Shown in pieces: positions 38,605-45,670 of a DNA stretch of 64,000 bases (its first letter is position 1; the number at the start of each line of letters is the position of its first letter). This DNA is from an uncultured Dehalococcoidales bacterium. GTDB lineage: Bacteria > Chloroflexota > Dehalococcoidia > E44-bin15. The notes beneath the pieces are model-generated. The model was not told the DNA's origin. It worked only from the letters and a program-made list of their open reading frames with translations, and did no database searches. The stretch lies in assembly GCA_964428725.1 (NCBI GenBank), contig CAYRYW010000003.1, positions 2,465-66,464 on the forward strand. The letters run 5' to 3'. The position numbers and the translations under genes were made by a program.

Positions 38605-38973
38605 TTACCTTTCCAGCACCACCTCCAGAGTTTCCAGAAGATCCCCTGTATTTATCGGCTTGGTGAGGTAAGCCGCTGCCCCGCAGTTCATGGCGCGTAT
38701 TGTATCCTCTGTAGACGTGTGGCTAGAGAAAACCACCACCAGCGTTTCCGGGTAAGCTTTTTTCATGCGTGCTACCAGCTTCAAGCACTCGTCTTTATGT
38801 TTGTCAATATCGACCAGGGCAAGCTTAAAGCGTCCGGCACGCGCCTTCTCCATCGCTTCTTTACTGTCCCTGACTGCCTCTACCTGATATCCTTTACTGG
38901 AAAGTGCCAGCGCCAGGCTGCGTCTTAAGCCTTCATCGTGTTCAACAATTAGAATGCCTTCTATCTTAACCAT
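38605..38973 (-). CDS. Single-domain response regulator (receiver)
   Basis: ILIVEHDEG ... LALVDID ... VVVFSS ... YLTKP. Start moved to ATG 38973 to avoid a 44-nt overlap with the upstream cyclase gene. Confidence 0.8.
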   Translation of the reverse strand: MVKIEGILIVEHDEGLRRSLALALSSKGYQVEAVRDSKEAMEKARAGRFKLALVDIDKHKDECLKLVARMKKAYPETLVVVFSSHTSTEDTIRAMNCGAAAYLTKPINTGDLLETLEVVLER

Positions 38974-39001
38974 CTCCAACACCCCCTTCACAAGCCTTTC
39001 T

Positions 39002-41614
39002 TCAATCGCTGAATCCGGCAATATCATGCTGAGGTTCACTCTCATGTTGCTCCAGCCTTGAAGCCAGCTCCGTCCTGTATTTACCTCCCCTTTTCGCCTT
39101 CATCAGGGCGGCATCGGCCATGAATATCAAACCGTCAATGGTGTCTATATCCTCGGGGAACTGAGCGATACCGGCGCTGAACCCCAGAGGGGTTTCCAGT
39201 GTGAACGAAATATCTTTCGATGTGGAGGGCCATTGTGCCCTGACCCGTTCGATAATCTTTTCCGCCCTTTCGACATTTGTTGATGGGAAGATAATGGCGA
39301 ACTCGTCACCTCCGTAACGGAAGACCGGGTCGGTTTTCCGCAGCATTGATTTGAGGGTCCGGGCGAAATCTTTCAGCACTTCATCACCGCTGATGTGCCC
39401 ATATATATCGTTGTACAGTTTGAACCCGTCGAGGTCGACCATCACCAGACAGAACGTATGTCTGTAGCGACGCGAGCGGTTCATTTCAGACTCGAGCACT
39501 TCGTAGAAATGGCGGCGATTGTACGAGCCGGTCAGCTTATCGGTTATGGATAGCTCGCTCAGCTTTTCCATAAGCTGGGCGTTCTCGATAGCGACCCCTA
39601 TCTGCCCCCCTATCGTTTCCAGCAGACGGATGTCTTTTTCAGTGAAATCCCTGGGTTCGCGGTCGAAGATATTCATAACTCCCAGGGTTTTGCCTTTTGA
39701 CCTGAGTGGCACGCTGACAAGTGCCCTGAGGTCGCCGAGGCGATAAACCGATTTGAGAGCATGCGGGATCCTCACATCGTCCAGCATATTTGTAGACATT
39801 GTCACCTTGCCTGTTTTCGTAGCCTCACCGGTGACGCCTGCACCCAGGGGAATCTCCCTGGCAGCCGTTGCGACTCTCTCACATACTCCCTTGTGAACGG
39901 TGAGCGTCAGCTTCTGGCTCTCCTCATCGATCAGCCATATGCCTCCGGCAGGCAAGTCCATAACTTCAAGGGTGGAATCCAGTGCAGACTGCAATAAGTC
40001 ATCCAACCTCGACTGCTGGCTGAGCGATTGCGAGATGGTATTCATGGCGATCAGTTCCCTGTTGCGCTGTCTCACTACTTCCTCTGCCTGTCTGCGTTTG
40101 GTAACATCGCGGGCGATGGTAACGAACTCTGACACATCGCCAGATTCATTCATCAGCGGCGATGAGCTGAATTCAGCTTCTATCTCTGTGCCGTCGGCCC
40201 GTACAAAGCTGCACTGGAACTGTTTTAAACCAGACTTATCCTCAAGGTTTTTACGCATCTGCTGTATGATCATGTCATGATCCCGGGGTGCTATAAGCGA
40301 GATGGCATTCCGCCCTACCAGTTCCTGCTTAGAATAGCCTGATAGTTCAGGTGCTACGTCGTTGACCTCCAATATATTGCCAGCCGAATCTGTAACAATG
40401 ATAGCCTCGCCTACTGACTCGAACATGGTGCGCAGCTTTCCCTCCGATTCTCGCAGTGCCTGCTCCTGGCGCTTGCGCTCAGTGATGTCGCGGGCGATGC
40501 CCAGCACGCCCATGACGCTGCCGGCGGCATCGCGTATCAGATTGATCCCATATTCTACTTCCAAATCACCGCCACTTGCCGTTCGCAGATGCAGATACTG
40601 GTACTCCGGCCCGTCCGCATGCAGTCCCTTCTTGATCGCCTCAACTGCCATCTTTACAGCATCATCGCGGTATGCCTCAACCACGAGCTCCGCGCTGCTT
40701 CGCCCGATAAGCTCCCCCTCATTCTTATATCCCAGCGTGCGCACTGTTGATTCATTCACATCTACAACGTCACCCTTCAGATCCATTGCCACGATCATGT
40801 CGCCCATCGATTGGAACATGAAGCGCAGCTTTTCTTCTTTCTCCCTTATCTCCTGCTCCATCCGCTTGCGCTCAGTGATATTGGCTACAATTGCCCTGAT
40901 GCCTATAATATTGCCCTCGTCATCTATGACATGGCTTCCATGGATGGTGATGGGAAATCTGCTGCCGTCCTTCCGCAGTGCGGTGGCTTCAATTATGCGC
41001 GGAAGCTCTCCGGACATGGCTCGGTGCATCTCAGCTAAGATTTTGTCCCCGTCCTCAGGTGCGACCATCTGAACGGCGTTAAGGCCAGCGTTGAATTCCT
41101 CATGCGTGTACCCGAAGGTCTGGAATGCGATTTCATTGGCATATGAAATGTTCCCTTGCCCGTCAATCTCGATGACTATCTCCGGCAGGGACTCGAGCAG
41201 ATTTCTGAATTTCTCCTCTTTTCCCCGTAGCGCTTCTTCTACACCCTGGCGCTCGATGGCATATCGCAGGGCGCGCACCAGCAGGCCGCTGTTTGTTTGG
41301 CCCTTGGCGAGATAATCTTGTGCCCCGTGTCGCACAGCTTCCAGTGCGAACGCCTCATCGGCGAATCCGCTCAATACTACAACGGGGGTTGCAGGTGACT
41401 GGTCACGTATTTTTACGAACGTGTCCAGCCCGTGGCTGTCCGGTAACGAGAGGTCCAGCAGGACAACGTCTACAATCGTCTCGCCGAGGCATTTGAGGGC
41501 TGCTTCCAGGCTCTCCGCGTGCAACAACTCGAACTGCCCGGTCGCCACTTCGCTGAGCATTTCCTTGATCAGCCTGGCGTCCCCCCGATTGTCCTCTACC
41601 ATCAGAACTTTCAT
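39002..41614 (-). CDS. Response-regulator diguanylate cyclase: REC - 3xPAS - GAF - GGDEF (870 aa)
   Basis: REC (VLMVEDN.GD...VVLLDLSLPD), three PAS units, GAF, and GGDEF (RYGGDEF) with an RKTD I-site 5 residues upstream. Confidence 0.9.
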   Translation of the reverse strand: MKVLMVEDNRGDARLIKEMLSEVATGQFELLHAESLEAALKCLGETIVDVVLLDLSLPDSHGLDTFVKIRDQSPATPVVVLSGFADEAFALEAVRHGAQDYLAKGQTNSGLLVRALRYAIERQGVEEALRGKEEKFRNLLESLPEIVIEIDGQGNISYANEIAFQTFGYTHEEFNAGLNAVQMVAPEDGDKILAEMHRAMSGELPRIIEATALRKDGSRFPITIHGSHVIDDEGNIIGIRAIVANITERKRMEQEIREKEEKLRFMFQSMGDMIVAMDLKGDVVDVNESTVRTLGYKNEGELIGRSSAELVVEAYRDDAVKMAVEAIKKGLHADGPEYQYLHLRTASGGDLEVEYGINLIRDAAGSVMGVLGIARDITERKRQEQALRESEGKLRTMFESVGEAIIVTDSAGNILEVNDVAPELSGYSKQELVGRNAISLIAPRDHDMIIQQMRKNLEDKSGLKQFQCSFVRADGTEIEAEFSSSPLMNESGDVSEFVTIARDVTKRRQAEEVVRQRNRELIAMNTISQSLSQQSRLDDLLQSALDSTLEVMDLPAGGIWLIDEESQKLTLTVHKGVCERVATAAREIPLGAGVTGEATKTGKVTMSTNMLDDVRIPHALKSVYRLGDLRALVSVPLRSKGKTLGVMNIFDREPRDFTEKDIRLLETIGGQIGVAIENAQLMEKLSELSITDKLTGSYNRRHFYEVLESEMNRSRRYRHTFCLVMVDLDGFKLYNDIYGHISGDEVLKDFARTLKSMLRKTDPVFRYGGDEFAIIFPSTNVERAEKIIERVRAQWPSTSKDISFTLETPLGFSAGIAQFPEDIDTIDGLIFMADAALMKAKRGGKYRTELASRLEQHESEPQHDIAGFSD

Positions 41615-41627
41615 GTGATTCTCCTTC

Positions 41628-42104
41628 TTATTTTGATGGGAGCTTTACCATGGTCAGCCAGAAATTATCAATGGCAGTAATAACATTTACGAAATCCTCG
41701 AAATCTATCGGCTTTTTGATATAGCAGTTGGCATGACGCTGATACATGTTGAACACATCCTCCGCCGCGCTCGATGTCGTCAGTACCACCACCGGGATGC
41801 GCCTCAGCGCCTTATCGTTCTTAATCTCCTCCAGCACCTCACGCCCATCCTTCTTCGGCAGATTCAGGTCCAGCAGTATGAGGTCCGGGGTTGGTGCATT
41901 GTTGTACTTGCCCTGATGATTTAGGAAAGCCAGAGCTTCAGCGCCGTCTTCAACGACGTTCAAACTGTTGGTGCCCCTGCTCTCTTTGAACGCCTCGCGT
42001 GTCAGCCGCACGTCGCCGGGGTTATCCTCCACCAGCAGGATATCGATAGCGTTGTCCGGATGGTGGGGCCTCATTCTGCAGTTCGTAGTTTGCGTAGCGT
42101 TCAT
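41628..42104 (-). CDS. Single-domain response regulator (Rcp1-like receiver)
   Basis: ILLVEDNPGD..L..EAF, LILLDLNLPKKDG.EVL..IK......IPVVVLT.S......YIKKP. GAGGAGG upstream of ATG 42104. Confidence 0.85.
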   Translation of the reverse strand: MNATQTTNCRMRPHHPDNAIDILLVEDNPGDVRLTREAFKESRGTNSLNVVEDGAEALAFLNHQGKYNNAPTPDLILLDLNLPKKDGREVLEEIKNDKALRRIPVVVLTTSSAAEDVFNMYQRHANCYIKKPIDFEDFVNVITAIDNFWLTMVKLPSK

Positions 42105-42163
42105 TGTCCTTTGCCTCCTCTATCTCTTCCCTGAAACCCTGTTATTAAAATCCGATTAATCCT

Positions 42164-42466
42164 TTATTTTCTGCGATCACTGCTTCGTCTCTCCCCCAGC
42201 CTCTTCCACTGGAGTGCGAAGACGGTGGCGGAATATATTATTACAGCAGCTGTCGCTATGATTTCTATGTATAAGATTGCCGAATTAGGTTCCTCGAAAC
42301 ACACCTCTCCATGTATCAGGATCAGTATCATATGAATACACCAGGCTATGGCTGTTGCGATCAGGAGCAGTTGGGCTGCCAGCACCGACATGGAAAACCT
42401 GAACCTTCTATTGAATCGCCTGCTATCAGCCGAACTGCCTTGCTGGTCACCCCTTCTGTCGTTCAT
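42164..42466 (-). CDS. Small two-TM membrane protein
   Basis: ATG 42466 with GGAGG 7 nt upstream. Basic N- and C-termini flank two hydrophobic helices. The ORF-track start 42526 lacks an RBS. Confidence 0.5.
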   Translation of the reverse strand: MNDRRGDQQGSSADSRRFNRRFRFSMSVLAAQLLLIATAIAWCIHMILILIHGEVCFEEPNSAILYIEIIATAAVIIYSATVFALQWKRLGERRSSDRRK

Positions 42467-42550
42467 GTTCAGATCCTCCAGATTTTTTTGTTCTGTGGGT
42501 GGGGTCCCCGGGTGGGGACCCCACATGCCACAGCGTCGGTGAATCGTGGA

Positions 42551-43972
42551 CTACTTATACCATCTCCTTTGAACCATTCGCCTTGCCAGCAGATAGGATA
42601 CTGCTACCAGGCCAAGGGCTTCAGCAGTTATAGCGCCAAGGACCCACCAGCTCACACGCGTAGCGGTGTCCGCTTCGACTGTCCCCTCGCCATCTTCGGT
42701 AGCATCTTCAGCTCCATTGCTTATCCCGGCCTCACCGCTGGTCGGCTCACCGACTTCTTCGGCGGCCTCCTCGGCGGCTTCTTCGGTGACATCAGACGCT
42801 TCTTCTTCAGCATCATCTGCCACATCTTCGGTGTCGCTGCTGCCACTTGGAACATAACCACCGCCACCGCCACCGCCACCAACATATGCTATCCGCGTCG
42901 CAGTCGGCGTGGGTGTTGGTGTCGGCTCGATAACGATGGTCAACGTCGGCGTCGGCTCAACGACAACGGTCTCGGTAGGCGTTGGCGTCGGCTCAACGAC
43001 AATGGTCTCCGTTGGAGTGGGCGTTGGCTCAGGCGGGAAGCCGTAATGCAGTATGGTGCCAGCATCGCCTACAACGAAGATATCGGTTTCAGAGGTTCCA
43101 TGGATGCCCAGCAGGTCCACGCCGGTGGAGGTGTCAATAGATGACAGTTTGCTGCCATCATAGTGAACTATAATACCTCCATCTGCCACACCAAACATGT
43201 TGGATATAGAATCTCCCCATACATCGTAGATCACTGCTGTTTCTCCGATCATTAGCGTTTCACACTCTCTACCATCGTAGTATATTACGATGGCGACTTC
43301 ACCTGCGGCGACTTCACCTACAGCAACAACGCTGATAGGTGAAAAGCCCCAAACGCCATACAGGTTGTCGCTAGTTCCACTGTCGATAAGCTCTATGCTT
43401 GACCCATCGAATGCAGCGAACAAACCATTATAACCAACTGCAAAGACGTCGTATGGGGAGTATCCCCAAACATCATAGAAGCACACCATGCCGCCCTCGC
43501 CCATTTGCCAGTCGCTGCCATCGTAGTGCGCTAGAAAAGTGTGACCTACTACGAATACCTGTGATGAATGGCACCAGACGCCATACAGCGCCTTCGTGGT
43601 GCCCAGGTCGATAGCGTTCCACGAGCTGCCGTCATAGTGCAGGACAACGCCATTGATGCCGACGGCGTAGACGTCAGTGGATGAGGACCCCCAGATGCCA
43701 TGGAGGTCGCTGGTAGTGCCGCTGTCCATCTGACTCCAGCTGTTGCCATTGTAGTGAAGGATGGTACCCTCCTCACCAACGGCGAAGACGTCGGTGGGTG
43801 AAGCCGCCCACACGTTTGTGAGGGCATTCGTTGTGCCGCTGTCCATGGTGCACCATTGCGGTGGTGCAACGGCTGCTTCGGCACCGGTCATGGGTGCCAC
43901 CATCGCCATGGAAACCGCTACTATTACAGCGGCTACAATAATACCTAATTTAATTTTTGTCTTAGCGAACAT
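42551..43972 (-). CDS. Secreted/cell-surface beta-propeller repeat protein with Thr/Pro-rich stalk, poly-Gly, acidic segment and C-terminal TM anchor
   Basis: Signal-like N-terminus MFAKTKIKLGIIVAAVIVAVSMAMVAPMTGAEA. About 8 repeats of W...DSGTT..L.G(V/I)WG.S..DV(F/Y)AVG..G.(I/V).HYDGS.W. Stalk EPTPTPTETIVV x3, then GGGGGGGG, a D/E-rich segment, and a terminal TM plus RRMVQRRWYK. Start set at ATG 43972 (GGAGAAGGAGG 7 nt upstream). The 14 extra codons of the ORF-track start lie in the riboswitch. Confidence 0.8.
   Translation of the reverse strand: MFAKTKIKLGIIVAAVIVAVSMAMVAPMTGAEAAVAPPQWCTMDSGTTNALTNVWAASPTDVFAVGEEGTILHYNGNSWSQMDSGTTSDLHGIWGSSSTDVYAVGINGVVLHYDGSSWNAIDLGTTKALYGVWCHSSQVFVVGHTFLAHYDGSDWQMGEGGMVCFYDVWGYSPYDVFAVGYNGLFAAFDGSSIELIDSGTSDNLYGVWGFSPISVVAVGEVAAGEVAIVIYYDGRECETLMIGETAVIYDVWGDSISNMFGVADGGIIVHYDGSKLSSIDTSTGVDLLGIHGTSETDIFVVGDAGTILHYGFPPEPTPTPTETIVVEPTPTPTETVVVEPTPTLTIVIEPTPTPTPTATRIAYVGGGGGGGGYVPSGSSDTEDVADDAEEEASDVTEEAAEEAAEEVGEPTSGEAGISNGAEDATEDGEGTVEADTATRVSWWVLGAITAEALGLVAVSYLLARRMVQRRWYK
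42921..43032. repeat. Tandem 30-45-nt repeats encoding the (V)EPTPTPTET(I/V)V stalk
   Basis: GTCGGCTC(G/A)A(T/C)(A/G)ACGA... units start at 42921, 42951 and 42987. The adjacent (GGTGGC)n at 42858-42881 encodes poly-Gly. Confidence 0.8.
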
Positions 43973-43991
43973 TGTAGTTCCTCCTTCTCCT

Positions 43992-44073
43992 GATTTCGGT
44001 AACCCATCCGCCATAGTTTTGCTATGGAGTACAGGCTTTGCGCACCCGCTTTTCAGCAGGTTTGCCTTTGTCG
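43992..44073 (-). promoter_or_regulatory. c-di-GMP-I (GEMM-I) riboswitch aptamer, copy 3 (abuts the SD of the propeller gene)
   Basis: Minus-strand RNA CGACAAAGGCAAACCUGCUGAAAAGCGGGUGCGCAAAGCCUGUACUCCAUAGCAAAACUAUGGCGGAUGGGUUACCGAAAUC. It has GGCAAACC, a GAAA-capped hairpin (CCUGCU/AGCGGG), GCGCAAAGCC, a second hairpin (CCAUAG/CUAUGG) and GGGUUACCGA, in the same order as V. cholerae Vc2. It ends 1 nt before GGAGAAGGAGG. Confidence 0.8.
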
Positions 44074-44120
44074 ACTCAATTGTGCTATCCTACCACCTCC
44101 TTTGATGTCGATCCGTTTTT

Positions 44121-44157
44121 TAATAAGAACGCCTTCAAGGGTCCACATGAAGGCGTT
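44121..44157 (-). terminator. Hairpin terminator following aptamer 2
   Basis: RNA AACGCCUUCA-UGUGGACCCU-UGAAGGCGUU (10-bp perfect stem) followed by CUUAUUA. The U-tract is weak. Confidence 0.5.
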
Positions 44158-44173
44158 AAATAATAGCTCGTAT

Positions 44174-44257
44174 GATTCGGTAGCCTGGGCCCACAGTCAT
44201 AATAGCTGTGGGTCACAGCTTTGCGTCACCACCTTCAAAGTGGATTTGCCTTTGTCG
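44174..44257 (-). promoter_or_regulatory. c-di-GMP-I (GEMM-I) riboswitch aptamer, copy 2
   Basis: RNA CGACAAAGGCAAAUCCACUUUGAAGGUGGUGACGCAAAGCUGUGACCCACAGCUAUUAUGACUGUGGGCCCAGGCUACCGAAUC. Contains GGCAAAUCC, hairpin CCAC../..GUGG, GACGCAAAGC, the 7-bp hairpin CCCACAG/CUGUGGG, and CUACCGAA. Confidence 0.8.
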
Positions 44258-44280
44258 TTCCTAATTATTTTTTAAGGTAC

Positions 44281-44319
44281 AAAAAAGCGCCCTTCAGCAG
44301 AATTCTGCTAAAAGGCGCC
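44281..44319 (-). terminator. Strong intrinsic terminator following aptamer 1
   Basis: RNA GCGCCUUUUAGCAG-AAUU-CUGCUGAAGGGCGC (14-bp stem including G-U pairs) followed by UUUUUUG. Confidence 0.8.
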
Positions 44320-44337
44320 ATAACTAACTTCTCGAGT

Positions 44338-44418
44338 CTTCGGGAGCCCGGCTTTTCCACGTATATCTGGATGTCCGTGGCTTTGCGCCACTGCCTTCTA
44401 GCAGATTTGCCTTTATCG
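44338..44418 (-). promoter_or_regulatory. c-di-GMP-I (GEMM-I) riboswitch aptamer, copy 1 (promoter-proximal)
   Basis: RNA CGAUAAAGGCAAAUCUGCUAGAAGGCAGUGGCGCAAAGCCACGGACAUCCAGAUAUACGUGGAAAAGCCGGGCUCCCGAAG. Contains GGCAAAUC, hairpin CUGC/GCAG, GGCGCAAAGCC, hairpin CCACG/CGUGG, and a CUCCCGAAG tail. This is the most divergent of the three at the 3' end. Confidence 0.7.
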
Positions 44419-44473
44419 ATGCCTTTATTTGTTTTTAAGGAGCTTTATAATATTCAATCTTTAGTATGCTCTA

Positions 44474-44502
44474 ATTATACACCTTAATTGCTGTTTTGTC
44501 AA
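44474..44502 (-). promoter_or_regulatory. Consensus sigma70-type promoter driving the riboswitch leader
   Basis: Minus strand reads TTGACA (44502-44497), a 17-nt spacer, then TATAAT (44479-44474). Both hexamers are perfect consensus. Predicted TSS is near 44467, about 50 nt before aptamer 1. Confidence 0.65.
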
Positions 44503-44623
44503 CATCGCGTATCCCGCATCCTTTATGGTGTCCAAATCGGTTGCATGTCCCTGGGTTACACGTCCAAGCGAAGTGGCAATGTGAACCTTTTTGCATGTGT
44601 CAAAATTCTTCAGTCTCACCAGG

Positions 44624-45073
44624 CTACCGAAAAACAATCTGGCTCAACACCAGGAAAACAATGGCCATGGCAGCTAGGAAGTAGTAAATGCTCGGGGCAG
44701 GACCCCACCAGGAACCGTGCCACCAGATCTCCGACTTTCTGAATTTCCTTATCCCATAATTCGGATTAAATATGAACCAGGCGAAATCTTCCGCGAGGAA
44801 GAAGGTGTACAGCAACCCCCAGATCAACAGTTCCAACTTTGGAGACCATTCGACGAAAAGGAGGGGGAAATGGAACATCAGGATCAGGAAGATGGTCATC
44901 CATGTATGATAGCCCGTCAGTGGCCGCCCGCCGAGGAGCCTCACCACCCACCCCTTGGTCTTGCGCCAGCACGGCAGGTCGGCGGCCCAGCCACGCTTGC
45001 CCTCGATCTGGATCTCCAGGTTGGCGAAAACTATGCCCAGTAAAATCGCAGACAGGATCTGGATGGCTAACAA
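44624..45073 (-). CDS. Hypothetical integral membrane protein (4 TM, Trp-rich)
   Basis: Four hydrophobic helices. 27 nt downstream of acxC on the same strand. No family recognised. Confidence 0.6.
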   Translation of the reverse strand: MLAIQILSAILLGIVFANLEIQIEGKRGWAADLPCWRKTKGWVVRLLGGRPLTGYHTWMTIFLILMFHFPLLFVEWSPKLELLIWGLLYTFFLAEDFAWFIFNPNYGIRKFRKSEIWWHGSWWGPAPSIYYFLAAMAIVFLVLSQIVFR

Positions 45074-45100
45074 CGTCGCGCTCTCTTAATGTGTCTGAGT

Positions 45101-45661
45101 TTATTTGCTCTTGAGTTCCCTACCCCACTCCCGTGTCGTCTCGCAGGTCATATCCCTGAACTCCTTCTGGTCGGGGAGGGGTCGCTTCAGCCAGTCAAGG
45201 TAGAAGGCATCGATATCGGGCAAGACGTCGAAGATAATAGGACAACCTACCGGCACTGCCTCCACCATGAGCAGGCTGGCGCACCCGGGGCAATAATACT
45301 CCCGGACTTCACACAGGTCGGGATTTGGGCAGCGCAGGCCGGGGTATACCTCTTCCAGCTTGTCGACCGTATTGCGAACGAATATGAGCGCGCTGAGCTT
45401 CCAGTTGCGGCGCCAGTCGCCAAACTCGTGCCCACAGTCGCACTTAACCACACGCTCATCGCCCTTCTGCACAATGTAGAGATGTTCTCCCAGTGGTAAG
45501 AGAATACGCTCTGTGAAACCGACACGCTCCTGAAGTATATCGACATATTTATCGAAGCGATCGTCGTCCTTGGGATTGCTCATAATCTCCTTGACCTTGT
45601 TCCAGGGCAGCCTGCCGTCGAACATATCTTTAAGGTCTTCTTTGTTATACGAGATAGACAT
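45101..45661 (-). CDS. acxC: Acetone/acetophenone carboxylase gamma subunit family protein
   Basis: G.LPW.KV..I ... V.KCDCGHEFGDWR.NWK ... REYYCPGC..LL.VE, the zinc-binding Cys pattern of Acetone_carb_G. Follows the two hydantoinase-type subunits. Confidence 0.8.
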   Translation of the reverse strand: MSISYNKEDLKDMFDGRLPWNKVKEIMSNPKDDDRFDKYVDILQERVGFTERILLPLGEHLYIVQKGDERVVKCDCGHEFGDWRRNWKLSALIFVRNTVDKLEEVYPGLRCPNPDLCEVREYYCPGCASLLMVEAVPVGCPIIFDVLPDIDAFYLDWLKRPLPDQKEFRDMTCETTREWGRELKSK

Positions 45662-45670
45662 TTTAACACC

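Noticed and set aside
43973-44014. N-terminal extension (MADGLPKSGEGGTT) of the beta-propeller ORF as given in the ORF track
   Set aside because: These codons lie inside riboswitch aptamer 3 and its SD. The downstream ATG at 43972 has a strong GGAGAAGGAGG 7 nt upstream and starts a typical signal-like sequence.
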